A DNA stretch of 63,478 nt, the filler included, from Octopus bimaculoides (Eukaryota), in NCBI RefSeq assembly GCF_001194135.2. It is 5 parts of 5 records of this genome, joined end to end, with 100 filler letters (N's around TTAATTAATTAA, not from the genome) between each part and the next. Parts side by side here need not be neighbours in the genome. Positions count along the whole stretch, not along the records: positions 1 to 18,032 come from NC_068982.1; 4 more parts are not named here. One strand, 5' to 3'. Each line of letters starts with the position of its first letter. The stretch's first letter is position 1. Below the pieces are notes generated by a model, which had not been told where the DNA came from, did no database searches, and saw only the letters and a program-made list of their open reading frames with translations. Below are positions 1 to 12,080 of this stretch, in pieces. The translations under genes and the position numbers were made by a program.

Positions 1-414
1 ATATATATATATATATATATATAAATAAAATGATCGATAGAGTACCGGTTTAAATACCTTACAATATTTCGTTACGGTACTTAACGTTCTGAGTTCAAAT
101 CCCGATAAGGTCAACTTTAATTTTCTTGGATTGATAAAAGAAAATACCACTCTGGTTTAAATATATCTGCATAATGCATGCTAGATATGAATAAATTTAT
201 AAAAGATATCATGATGTAGTTTACAGGTTTGTTATTCAACGCAGTAAAGAGATAATCTAGGGTTGAGTTCAGTTCAATATGGCTACCATGAATTTAGCAG
301 CACATATTCTCAAATATACTTTAATCACATGTTCGTGGTTTAGTGGATAGTGTTGCTGGAAACATTCGTTCAATATACGTTTCATTCCCGTGGGAATACA
401 TAAACATTGTACGC

Positions 415-625
415 TGTTATTGTTAATGAGCCCCAAGTCAGTATTCACTAGACAACCCTATGGCAAACATTGCCCCAGATATAACCAGCTTGTCTTTTGT
501 TTTTTAGGCAATATATATTTAGGATTTCCATTACCTAATCTAACAACTGCATTTTTTTTCATAAACACAGGACGGTGTGAACCGAGGGTAATTTGGTTGC
601 TATTTCTAGCAGGTTTAGTTACCAC
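415..625 (-). mobile_element. Interspersed repeat family G copy (probable SINE 3' part with (CAA)n-like tail)
   Basis: Minus strand reads CCTGCTAGAAATAGCAACCAAAT...CTGACTTGGGGCTCATTAACAATAACAGC, matching in-window copies near 22120-22330/23592-23655, 51480-51545 and 54378-54590. Confidence 0.6.
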
Positions 626-1933
626 GTAGAGCCTCATTTGTTGGGTCGTATACATAGCACACGTTGAAGAATGAAGACTACACCATTTTAAGCAGTGAGA
701 GTTGCTGTAACACAGAAGAGCTGAGGTTAATAGTTCAATAATAAAAAAAGATCAACGTTTCCCTGTTACTTCTAACAGATTCAAACCGTGCATAGTTTAA
801 GGAATATTTATGGAAAATGTGTATGTGTGTGTGTGTGTCTTCACAAGAGCAGCTGCAAGATTATGTGATAAAAGCAAATCCTATTTTAATGACGTTTACA
901 CATTTTGTTTTCTCTATCATTGTACTTTGATCCTGATCGCCATTTGAAGAAGGATTACGAAACCGAATATATTTAGTCCGTTTATAGCTGCAATAGAGTT
1001 GCTGTGGCCGTTGTTTAAGCTATTGATATTAAAATAATAATTCATTAATATTTGCGAAACTAGACGTCCCTGCCTGCCTGTCTGTCTCACTCTCTCTCTC
1101 ACTCTTTCTCCCCGTGTGTGCGTGTGTGTTTGTGCGTATGTGTGCATCCTTAATAGCACCACTATATATTAAAGATCATTGAAAAAAGTATAGCCATAAT
1201 GTGCGTGAGGCAACACTTGCCTTCAGTTTAATTGTATATGTATTTTATATCTAACACTAAACACGTGAAAACTAAATAGATTATTGAACATAACAATATA
1301 ACAAGGAGTATTCAAACCGAACATATTGTCATTGATGGAGTGTTTAGCTTACAATATATACAGCTTAAATCATTCTGTAAAGAATAACTCTTATAGAGTA
1401 GTATATGTTTACAGGGAACAAATATATCTTAAAGAGTGAAGACATTAAAAATTGAAAAAAATGTCCAATACATCATGACAGATTATGATGGAAAATGAGG
1501 AAGAATAGAGAATTAAAACAAATCAAAATTACCTTTATACATTATTATTGTAAACTGTGTTTGTGCAATGATTATGAATAATAAGCCCCTAATTTCAAAA
1601 ATGGAAGCTCTCCTTTTCTTTGGTGTTATGCTTCCTAGATGACTTGAGTTGAATCGTTCACTGTGTGAATGCCATATTGGGTATCTCTTCTAAGTAAACA
1701 GGCCAGTCACCTTTTCGTGGTTAAAGACCTTATTTGAGAGTGAAAAAAATTACTTGCAATGTCCTTAAAATTTCGCAGAAGTATTCAAATGAGTGTTGGT
1801 TCTATGATAAAACAAATTGTATCATAATTGCAAAAAAAAAAAAAAAAAATGAAAGGTGTTCCGTATCTCTCAGCTGATAACAGCTATAATATTAAATTCT
1901 GAACAAAAGTTGACAAATAACAGTTATAAATTC

Positions 1934-1935
<2 letters not shown>

Positions 1936-1997
<62 letters not shown>

Positions 1998-2020
1998 CTG
2001 TCTGTCTGTCTGTCTGTCTA
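1936..2020. repeat. (TCTA)n/(TCTG)n compound microsatellite
   Basis: Directly visible tetranucleotide array. Confidence 0.95.
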
Positions 2021-2374
2021 TTTATAATTTCAGCGTTTCATTGAAAAAACATTTTGTGGATTAAACCTAACATTAAGAATGAGTGAGAGAGAAAGAGAGA
2101 GAGATAGAGTGACGAGTGTACCTAGATATATTTGAAATATATGTTTACAGGCTCATGCAGGGAAAGAAAGAGAGAGAGGGAGAGGAGGAAACTGGCATTC
2201 TTTTACTTTAGACGCCAGCAGATGTGCGCGCACGTACACACACATATGCACACGCATACACACATCGCTTTAAGCATGTACACAATTTCTCATTTAAGTT
2301 TCCTAGGTGTCTGTAAAAAAGAAAAAGAAAATAAAACACAGTAAAAATATTAAATATAGAAAGTAACTACTTAC

Positions 2375-2414
2375 CAGTATAAAATAATTCTTTTTTTATT
2401 GAACATTCTTTCGA
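2375..2414 (-). CDS. Candidate internal exon C (40 nt, phase 1-2, ERMFNKKRIILY) of an unidentified gene
   Basis: Strong acceptor CTAATCTTTCTGTATTTTCAG and donor CTG|GTAAGT; open and phase-compatible with exon B. Confidence 0.35.
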
Positions 2415-2947
2415 CTGAAAATACAGAAAGATTAGATTGCAAAGAATAAATGTGTAAAACCATTCAGAAATACATCAATGGCTTAAGATAAATATTTTCA
2501 GTGTTTCTCTCAGATCAAAATAGATGGTGAAAAGATCAGTTCCTTTAAGTTTTCTTATCTAACTTTCATTACGAGATGTCTTAGAAAACACATTTTTCAA
2601 CAGCACATATTACTAATCTGAGTAAATGTAGTATCTAACGATACTAATACATTTATCATCAACTCATTCACCTCCCTGTCTCATCTCTCATATCAATTCA
2701 TCTTCCTCATTCTTGCAATACCCTCCCCTCTTTCTTAACTCATATCTTAGATTTCACCGTTTTCTCAGTGTATAGTAAATTTTCTCGGCAGTCTTGATAT
2801 ATTATTCTGACATAACTAAAGTTATTGTTTATAATAATAGATAAAGTGGTTATAGTTTTATAACAATAGTATTTAAAGTGGAAAGAGATAACTATCAAAG
2901 TAAAAGAAAGGCATAGAGAGAAAGAGAGGGAGAGAGAACGAGGTCGA

Positions 2948-3000
<53 letters not shown>

Positions 3001-3403
3001 CAGCAGCAAAATGCAACTTTATTTCCTTCAAACAATAACTTCTACCTATTTACTGATTTCTCCCCAACAACACCACCCTAAAACAACCTACGCAGTCACT
3101 CAAGTTGCTAGGAATGGCAACCAAATCTCCATCAGATCATATCCTATCGTCATAAAGTTCAGGAACTATTGGCGATTATATTTTTAGGCGTACGAAAGGA
3201 AAACTCGTTATGGCTTGAATTCATTTCATTATGAATGCGTTCGATCAGAGCTGAATTTGACCAAAGCAATAATAATATCTAAGGAAGACGATAAAAAAAA
3301 ATCATAGTTTTCCATTTACTCGTGTACATGTAAATATAAAATAACGTCTTTGTACACAAGTATAAATACATGCACTCATACTGTAATACACACACATATA
3401 TAC

Positions 3404-3574
3404 AGGCGCAGGTGTGCATGTGTGGTAGGAAGCTTGCTTCCTAAACACATAGTTCCAGGTTCAGTCCCGCTGCGTGACACCTAGGGCAAGTGCCTTCTAC
3501 TATAGGCTCGGACCGACCAAAGCCTTTAGAGTGGATTTGACAAACGGAAACTGTAAGCCCATCATATATATATG
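3404..3574 (+). mobile_element. tRNA-derived SINE, family B, 5' part
   Basis: Head GGCGCAGGTGTGCATGTGTGGTAGG with B-box-like GGTTCAGTCCC, then GGGCAAGTGCCTTCTACTATAG core; ends in (TA)n. Confidence 0.8.
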
Positions 3575-4003
3575 TTAAATTTAGTTTTCATTTATTTAAA
3601 AAATTTTATTTGAACAACTGACTGCTTCCTGCACTGCATCCATTTGAAATTTAGTTAGTGACTTTTGAGGAGAATCCAACAATATTCGAAACCAGATCAA
3701 ATTGATGTACCTTTTACTATCCATGGAAGAGATATCAAGAATTATTTGTCTGCATTTGTCCAAAGCATCAAAAACAAATTAACTTTGATATACATTAAAA
3801 ATTAATTATATATGCTGATTAATGCAAGTGCTAATGAATTTGCTACCAGCAAAGCATTATTTCTGTAAACAATTCGGACGGATTTCCTGGAATTCTGTAC
3901 GAAGAGACGGGCATATGAATTCTAAAGAGAATCTAACATCTTTCGAAACCAGGCCAAGTAAACCTCGTTTATTATGTCCGAGGATGGTTAGCAAACATTT
4001 TTA

Positions 4004-4389
4004 TGTTGTTGTTGGCACTCCGTCTCTTACGACGTCGAGGGTTCCAGTTGATCCGATCAACGGAACAACCTGCTCGTGAGATTAACGTGCAAGTGGCTGA
4101 GCACTCCACAGACACGTGTACCCTTAACGTAGTTCTCGGGGATATTCAGCGTGACACAGTGTGACAAGGCTGACCCTTTGAATTACAGGCACAACAGAAA
4201 CAGGAAGTAAGAGCGAGATGAAGTTGTGGTGAAAGAGTACAGCAGGGTTCGCCACCATCCCCTGCCGGAGCCTCGTGGAGCTTTAGGTATTTTCGCTCAA
4301 TAAACACTCACAACGCCCAGTCTGGGAATCGAAACCGCGATCCTATGACCACGAGTCCGCTGCCCTAAGCACTGGGCCATTGCGCCTCC
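4004..4389 (-). mobile_element. tRNA-derived SINE, family A, full length
   Basis: Reverse complement starts GGAGGCGCAATGGCCCAGTG (A box) with GGTTTCGATTCC (B box) and ends in (CAA)n; closely matches the + copy at 18930-19311. Confidence 0.9.
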
Positions 4390-5575
4390 TAAACTTTTGT
4401 TAACATATGTCTAAAAAGTATTACAGCGTCGACTAAAAACATTACATTTACCTAAACACGCTTACGACGAAAGAATTTATCTGATTCTCGACCTACATTC
4501 AATCTTTACATTTACTTAGCGTGTTTGCAAATTTGCTATCGCCTTGCAGTAGAAAGTAGATCTTATTTTATGTTTACACTGCTTAAAGCTGTTAAGCTAT
4601 GATTAACATGGGAATAATTGTCGCTGAAAACATTGAATTAAGTCATATCTTACTGTTAGACTTTATATAAGGCTACTAGTATTAGTAACCTTGCCTAAAG
4701 GATTAGGTGGCTGGTAAGCTATTTATGAAACACGTGCGATAAACGAACAGACTGAATGTTCAGTTAAAAATAGATTCGCATTTATAGTTAAATTGGAAAA
4801 TATTAAAGCAGAAAGAACATAGTGAAAGTATAGCCCCCAACTATTCAGCGAATGCGCACTGCAATAGCACCATTTGAAAACGAATAATAAAAAAATGGTT
4901 TCAGTTGTTAGCCTTCCATATTCTTTTATAGTTGAATATCTTTGATGATGATAACGTAGATATTTGTAACGTTTTTGGTCAAGAGATCAAAACTTATTTA
5001 TATTTGGAATGTTAAGTTTACAGGTTTCACTTATTTATGCAGAATCAGATATCAATATACCTCAAAAGCTGTTGAATATCGAGAAAAAATTCTATATTCA
5101 ATAAGCTACTGATAATACTATATTGAATATTTAGTACTATTGTATTTCAATGGAAAGGATTAAACTGATATATATATATATANNNNNNNNNNNNNNNNNN
5201 NNNNNNNNNNNNNNNNNNNNNNNNNNNNNNNNNNNNNNNNNNNNNNNNNNNNNNNNNNNNNNNNNNNNNNNNNNNNNNNNNNNNNNNNNNNNNNNNNNNN
5301 NNNNNNNNNNNNNNNNNNNNNNNNNNNNNNNNNNNNNNNNNNNNNNNNNNNNNNNNNNNNNNNNNNNNNNNNNNNNNNNNNNNNNNNNNNNNNNNNNNNN
5401 NNNNNNNNNNNNNNNNNNNNNNNNNNNNNNNNNNNNNNNNNNNNNNNNNNNNNNNNNNNNNNNNNNNNNNNNNNNNNNNNNNNNNNNNNNNNNNNNNNNN
5501 NNNNNNNNNNNNNNNNNNNNNNNNNNAAGCATATGAAAACCAAACGATAATAATAATACTGATGATGATGGTGAT

Positions 5576-5576
5576 A

Positions 5577-5655
<79 letters not shown>
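5576..5655. repeat. (AAT)n microsatellite abutting the R4/Dong fragment
   Basis: Perfect trinucleotide run. Confidence 0.95.
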
Positions 5656-5656
5656 G

Positions 5657-6165
5657 TGCTGGCGGCTTTTGAATATATACCCAGCTTTTGCTTTCCTCAG
5701 AATCAGTGTTAGTGGTATCAAGCACAGTACAAAGATCAGCGGGGACAGGTAGACCCCTTTGAAGATGTCCCTCCTGATTTCTACTGTCCCTAAACTTCTA
5801 TATGCTGTCAGGTCCGTCCTCCAATTCGCCATTCTTTTTCGAAGCAATCGCTCAACATTCGATGCAATACCAAATAGGTTCATAAATTCCATTATCCAAG
5901 AGTGACGAATCATATCATACGCCTTACGATAGTCGATCCATGCCATGGCTAAGTTACTTTTCCTCCTCTTGCAGTCTTGAAGTACAGTTTTGTCTATCAG
6001 GAGTTGATCCTTGGTACCTCTGCACTTACGCTTGCAACCCTTCTGCTCATGTGGTAGGACGCCATTTTTTCCGGATGTTCGTACATTGACTTTGCGAGTA
6101 TTCCAGTCAATAATTTCCACATAAGTGGCAAACAGGATATCGGCCTGTAATTGTCTACCGTATAC
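5657..6165 (-). pseudogene. R4/Dong-clade non-LTR retrotransposon reverse transcriptase fragment (inverted part)
   Basis: Motifs [54 protein letters not shown] and [13 protein letters not shown]; frameshifted and decayed. Confidence 0.85.
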
Positions 6166-6385
6166 GGAAGAAGTTTAGGAACAGTAGAAATTAGGAGGGA
6201 CATCTTCGAGGGAACTGCATGTCCCCACTGATCTTTGTACTGTGCTTGATACCACTGACACTGATTCTGAGGAAAGCAAAAGCTGAGTATATATTCAAAA
6301 GCCGCCAACAAAAAGTCAACCATTTGTTATTCATGGATGACCTCAAACTTTATGGTATAAATGAAGCCCAAGTCAGTTCATCGGA
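6160..6385 (+). pseudogene. R4/Dong-clade RT fragment (forward part, includes the YxDD-equivalent motif)
   Basis: Plus strand reads VEIRRG...[45 protein letters not shown]. Confidence 0.85.
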
Positions 6386-6504
6386 AGGTATTTGAAAAAT
6401 AAGAGGTGTTACCTTAGTTCACTGGTAGTGAACAGCTGACAGCGTAGTACATGTCCAGCGCTAGAAGCTGTGCAAAGGCAATAATAATAAGAACAAGAAC
6501 CCTT

Positions 6505-6880
6505 TCTATTATAGGCACAAAGCCTGAAATTTGCTGGGAGGGTGAGGGTAAGTCGATTACATCGACCCCAGTGTGTAACTGGTACTTATTTAATCACCCC
6601 TGAAAAGATGCAAGGCAATGTCAACCTCAGAACGTAGCGGCAGATGAAATACCGCTAAGCATTTCGCCCGGTGTGCTAACGATTCTGTCAGCTATCCGCC
6701 TTAATAATAAATATTTTTTATACTACAGGCACAAGGTCTGAAATATTGGGGTTGGGGCCTAGTAGATTACATCGACCGCCGTACTCGACTGATACTTATT
6801 TTAGCGACTCCGAAAGCATAAAATGCAAAGTCGACCTAGGCAAAATTTGAATTTAGTATATGAAGACAGACGGAATGCTA
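6505..6880 (-). mobile_element. Two adjacent tRNA-derived SINE family D copies (6505-6702, 6721-6880)
   Basis: Share GTCGATTACATCGACCCCAG, AAAGTCGACCT and GAAATACCGCTAAGCATTTCGCCCGG with the young copies at 35158-35904. Confidence 0.8.
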
Positions 6881-6882
6881 CT

Positions 6883-6944
6883 TAATAATAATAATAATAA
6901 TCAAAAACTCAATAATAATAATAATAATAATGATAATAATGATA

Positions 6945-7009
<65 letters not shown>

Positions 7010-7030
7010 AACAATAATAATAATAATAAA
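6883..7030. repeat. (AAT)n/(GAT)n compound microsatellite
   Basis: Directly visible; explains the poly-N/poly-D ORF. Confidence 0.95.
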
Positions 7031-7513
7031 CAACTCGCACAACACATACAGCAAAAAAGATAAAATAAATATGTAGCTAACAAAATAACACGACTCACAC
7101 TAGATGTACATGCATATTAAAATGAAACATTAAATCTTACGACAAAGCTACACATATGTGGTATACAAAGATCTACACACGCAAGACATAATGCTGGTCA
7201 CGCTTCAGCAATACGGGGATGCTATTGATATTGCAGTAGAAAATGAATAAAACTTAAAATTATGATGAATATGATAATAATAATTATTTCTTTCATTTTT
7301 GAAAGAGTTTTATTATGTGATATCTATTTATTTAACGAGTAATAATCACTAAATTTAGTGAAATCACCATCCCCCTCTTCATTATCTCGATCTGCTAGAA
7401 TTGCCTGCATATTCACCCTCTAATCTCATTCTGCGATCTTAAACATTAATGTTATATGTCAGCACCAGCATAGATATTCATTCGCCGCACAGTCATTACC
7501 ACAAACCTCTTAC

Positions 7514-7639
7514 CTGTGCTTCTGGGCTTATATTGGTCCTTATAGTTCTTCTGTTCAATGGCATCGTTGGACGAATATTGTTTCCTAAAAGGATGCTGCC
7601 TGGTGTTTCTTCTTGGTTCATTTGCCTCAACTGGCGCAT
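7514..7639 (-). CDS. Candidate internal exon B (126 nt, phase 1-1, APVEANEPRRNTRQHPFRKQYSSNDAIEQKNYKDQYKPRST)
   Basis: Acceptor GTGTTTATTTATCTGTAG, donor CAG|GTAAGA, length divisible by 3, non-repetitive, more GC-rich than flanks, two frames open. Confidence 0.55.
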
Positions 7640-9549
7640 CTACAGATAAATAAACACATAGACATATAATATTTATATCAATTTACTATATATATATATA
7701 TATATATATATATTCCCATTTTCCATTAAAAATGCAATTTTACTCTGACTGAAAGTTGTCCACATTCATCCAGTTAACACTACATAATTGATTCTACCAT
7801 TCTTTGTCCTCCTCCATCAATCTTTTCTTAATTCGTTGGTTTTTGTTCTTTCACCTCATCATTATCATCATAAAGAATTTAAATGTTCTAATTCGTTTTG
7901 TTAAGATAAAATAATGCAATATTTTCCTGGGATTAAAAAAAAATCAACAGAATTACACACTCATAATAGCTTCTCTTGTCATAGCTATATTTTTTCACAT
8001 AAGCTTCAATGATTTCTTAATACACTGTTATTCAGCTTATCCTTTAAATCTATCAGCGAAGGGTATCAATTGCATTATTAAAAAAACAAAAATTATTTTT
8101 CATACTTTTGAATTCCTGTATAATATAAGTGTAAATTATTGGAATTATTGGAATTATTGAAATTATTGGAAGAATTCAATAATTCCATTGACCCATTTTA
8201 TAATCTAGCATATTATTGTTGAGAGAAAAATCTATACTGTATAACATTATTTTAAGGAACCAAAATTCTGATGATCTGATAGAAGCACAAGCACACTGAA
8301 ATAATTGCCTTGTGGTATTGTTACGTAGATCAAATCACACAGGAGGCAACTTTCAATTTCACCACTGTTGAAGTGCAAGTAGATTCAGCATTACTAAAGT
8401 ACGTGGTTTGTAACCCACATGAGGAATCATTATTTTAAGGAAATGAAATGCGATGTGAGTGTTATGAAATTCTTTTAAGGTCTACAGATAAAGTCAATTA
8501 AAATATTCTACCTGTAGTCGAAGATATAACTACAAATTACGAAGTTAAATTCGATTAACGCACTCCTCCCTCAAGAATTCTGTTTATTCTGTCAAGTTCA
8601 TAAGTCATTATGTTAAGAAGCCTTCACAATATTCAGTGTTTATATTTGAATGACTTACTCTGAAATTATAAAAGGCCTAAATAGTTTATTCCGAACTCTT
8701 AGTAAGGTTTCCTAGAATTTCTTATCATTAAATTGTTTCGTCTTTACAGTTCAGCTGAATAAGTTTTAAGGCACAAAGACTTGATATCTAATCGAGTTAT
8801 TTTCACACTAACCGAAGGTAAGTTGATTATTTCATTCAACACATTGTAATTCTAAATAGATTCAACCGTAAAATCATGTTTGAACTTAATTTCATATACC
8901 ACTAATAGTCAAATTTCTATTTCCATTACAAAACGATAGCAGTCAGAAAGTGAAAGCAATCTAATATCAAAAGTACTGTCATTTAATAGCGTTCTTTAAG
9001 GTTTTAGTTTATATTCTTTTTTATGACAATAAAAAGTGCTGTTGCAAACTTCATAGTAAATATAAGTATAAAATTTGTTTTTCTTTGCCACGAGGGTTAA
9101 GCCGAAAGTAATGAAAAAGTAGCATAACTGCTTTATAAATTGATATACCAACATGCGCATGTTGAACTACTTGTTTCTGTCAGTGTAAACGACTAATGTC
9201 ACTTACTATAAGGTAACATTCCAAAAACAGCTAACAAAAAGCAACAAAAAACAAAAACTTGCCAGATATGTAGGAAAGAAAACATATCAAACTCAAGTAA
9301 ATAATTTACATTTTTACCTACACAAAAGACTTGAAAATGAAAATCCTATTCAAATTTCGAACGTCTAAAATACAAGATCCTAGCATTGTGACAAAGGGGT
9401 GAGCCAAGAAAGATTATTTCTGTTAGCTCATATTCTGTCAGTATGCAAATTACTCAGGTCAAAATTCTTTGTAACTCTTTCTCTACTTCTGAAAAATGTT
9501 CCACTCAACAAAACTATGGTTGGCTGTGGAAATCTGAGACCCAAACATC

Positions 9550-10916
9550 TCTGTAAATGTTAAAAGGCCTAAAAGAGGTTCGTTGCAGTTACCACTAGCA
9601 TCAATAGTCGAAATATACAAACTAGAAAAGATACGGACGGTGACGATGCTGAGAGAATCGAAGGATACGGAAATCAGGCAGAACCCACCAGAGGTGAAAA
9701 CAGCCAGGAAGTGGAAAGCAGAAGCAGAGGCTGATGACATCTTGTCTTCTCTTATACACAGAGATATGGTGGGTGCAACACAGAACCATCGGAGAGGACT
9801 TGGTTTTGGCGCAAATCAGTTCAAACCGTTTGCAGATATGATGCGGAGCGAACGCAGATCTGTTGTTAGCAACAGCGTCAAAACAAGGGAAGCAGAGAGA
9901 AGAGAGCTTCATTTGGTCCGATGTAGTCAACAAGGACAGATAAAGAGATGGGAAGAACATGTTGTTGAGAGGAAAATACGTTGGGATGAAATATGGANNN
10001 NNNNNNNNNNNNNNNNNNNNNNNNNNNNNNNNNNNNNNNNNNNNNNNNNNNNNNNNNNNNNNNNNNNNNNNNNNNNNNNNNNNNNNNNNNNNNNNNNNNN
10101 NNNNNNNNNNNNNNNNNNNNNNNNNNNNNNNNNNNNNNNNNNNNNNNNNNNNNNNNNNNNNNNNNNNNNNNNNNNNNNNNNNNNNNNNNNNNNNNNNNNN
10201 NNNNNNNNNNNNNNNNNNNNNNNNNNNNNNNNNNNNNNNNNNNNNNNNNNNNNNNNNNNNNNNNNNNNNNNNNNNNNNNNNNNNNNNNNNNNNNNNNNNN
10301 NNNNNNNNNNNNNNNNNNNNNNNNNNNNNNNNNNNNNNNNNNNNNNNNNNNNNNNNNNNNNNNNNNNNNNNNNNNNNNNNNNNNNNNNNNNNNNNNNNNN
10401 NNNNNNNNNNNNNNNNNNNNNNNNNNNNNNNNNNNNNNNNNNNNNNNNNNNNNNNNNNNNNNNNNNNNNNNNNNNNNNNNNNNNNNNNNNNNNNNNNNNN
10501 NNNNNNNNNNNNNNNNNNNNNNNNNNNNNNNNNNNNNNNNNNNNNNNNNNNNNNNNNNNNNNNNNNNNNNNNNNNNNNNNNNNNNNNNNNNNNNNNNNNN
10601 NNNNNNNNNNNCGGATGTAGAGGATTTGTAGGAAACAGTGTGAAACGACTGCTGTTATCGTTAGGCCTAACTCATCGTAAGGTAAATATCACCATTACCG
10701 ATATCCAAACTACAGTGGAGAAGGCTAGCCACTGGATTTGGTTAAAAAGAGACGATGAGCGATGGCTAGAGAAATATTGAGCTTTGTTTTAATAATCAGT
10801 TGATCTAGCAAGTGGGGCCTCATATCAGTGAGGGGGGCCGGTGCGCATTGATGCCGTCGAAAGGTAGGCCCCGAAACGACGCGCATTCTCTCCTGATGAC
10901 CCCATACACTTGCTGG
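9550..10916 (+). mobile_element. HERO-clade (RLE-type) non-LTR retrotransposon, 3' half, interrupted by assembly gap 9998-10611
   Basis: LQLPLASIVE...KTARKWKAE...HRDMVG...RGLG...QQGQIKRWE...ERKIRWDEIW and C-terminal GCRGFVG...VEKASHWIWLKR match the post-RT and RLE regions I recall for HERO elements; stop at 10778-10780. Confidence 0.75.
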
Positions 10917-11150
10917 CTTCCGGTATGCGGAGTTCTTGATTGGTAGCACTTGCATGTGCAAGTTGTTTGCAAGACACGATCAGATGCCCGCACTAAAAAC
11001 GAAATTTCAATTTTCTGCAGAGAGATTTAAAACAAGTTTTCTCTATACGAGATCAGCAACTGTGTATCGCTTAAAGAATATATAGTGTTTGTGAGTGGAG
11101 AAAGATTTCATCAACAGTTAGTGTTCGTCTCATAGTGAGGACGGGTAACC

Positions 11151-11340
11151 ACCCAGGAACCATGGTCTGTGAGTATCACGTAAGGCTGGAGTTGGGAGCG
11201 ATGACCTCCCTTGCAAACACCATTCGTACACAGACAATGTGTCGACAACCAGCAGGAAAATACGTTTTCTTGGTGCATAAACAACAGTAACATTGTCTTT
11301 TTTAGTACCAACATATTCTGTTGGCAAATAAACTTTACTA
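11151..11340. repeat. Unclassified repeat family H, copy 1
   Basis: Aligns by eye at roughly 70-75% with 14758-14945 (ACACAGACAATGTGTCGACAACCAGCAGGAAAATACGTTTTC vs ACACAGACCATGTGTCGGTAACCAGCTGGAAAATATGTTTTC). Confidence 0.7.
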
Positions 11341-12025
11341 TTAATTAATGAATTTCTTGAAATTGTCAGGGAACAGGTTGCGGTCACAGAGCGACGAAAA
11401 TATTTTGACAAATTAAATTTAACTGTTGAAGTGAATCTAACGGTTTTTGTGTGTTTCTTAAATGGCTTATAAACACCTTCCACGCTACAATTGTTTTCGT
11501 TCCAGCACACGATCTCAGATCAGGTCACTTGCTATGCAAGTACATCTCCGTAATTTCTCATTTACTTTAAGAGATAATCATTTTATATATGTCTATCTAC
11601 TGGAAAATTTTTGAATTCTCACAGGATCTTGCTAAGTTCTCTAATGAAGAATTCATTATTAAACTACGCGCGCACACACACACGCACACACGCACGCATA
11701 CACATACACTCACAAACGCACACTCACACACACAAACTCCCCGCCCCATAAGTTGTTGGAAATGTAAGGTTCCATTCTATATCTCGCACTGACTTGTAGT
11801 TTCATTTAGATATAAGAATACTTAAGGAGTGAAAATCAAATTATATTCATACGCTGGTTTATATGTGGATGGATTCTGTTTCGTGTAGGGCGTTTTATTT
11901 TGAGCGAGGAAAACTTTTGTAATACCAATTCTTTATTTTTATGCGTTAATGATATGGTATATATGCAAGTATATTCGCGCGCGCGTGTGCGTGAGATTGT
12001 GCTGTGCGTGCTTGTGTGTGCTTAC

Positions 12026-12080
12026 ATGTGAGTGTCCATATGATGATCAAACTGAAGTTATTGAATGGCACACACACCAT
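12026..12080 (-). CDS. Candidate first coding exon A (MVCVPFNNFSLIIIWTLT + 1 nt); whole exon 12116-12026
   Basis: Acceptor AAGTATTTTTTTACTACAG, donor CAT|GTAAGC; ATG at 12080 preceded by in-frame TGA TGA; ends in phase 1, matching exon B. Confidence 0.35.

Noticed and set aside
458-704. Phase-2 open frame (NSHCLKWC…GQCLP*) with a good acceptor, as terminal exon for the candidate secreted gene
   Set aside because: Most of it (415-625) is a family G repeat copy, so its openness is probably accidental; it could at most be an exonised repeat.
4300-4389. tRNA-like sequences with A and B boxes (also 18930, 35830-35904, 36700-36772)
   Set aside because: They are SINE heads continuing into repeat bodies; I see no complete cloverleaf, so they are not called tRNA genes.
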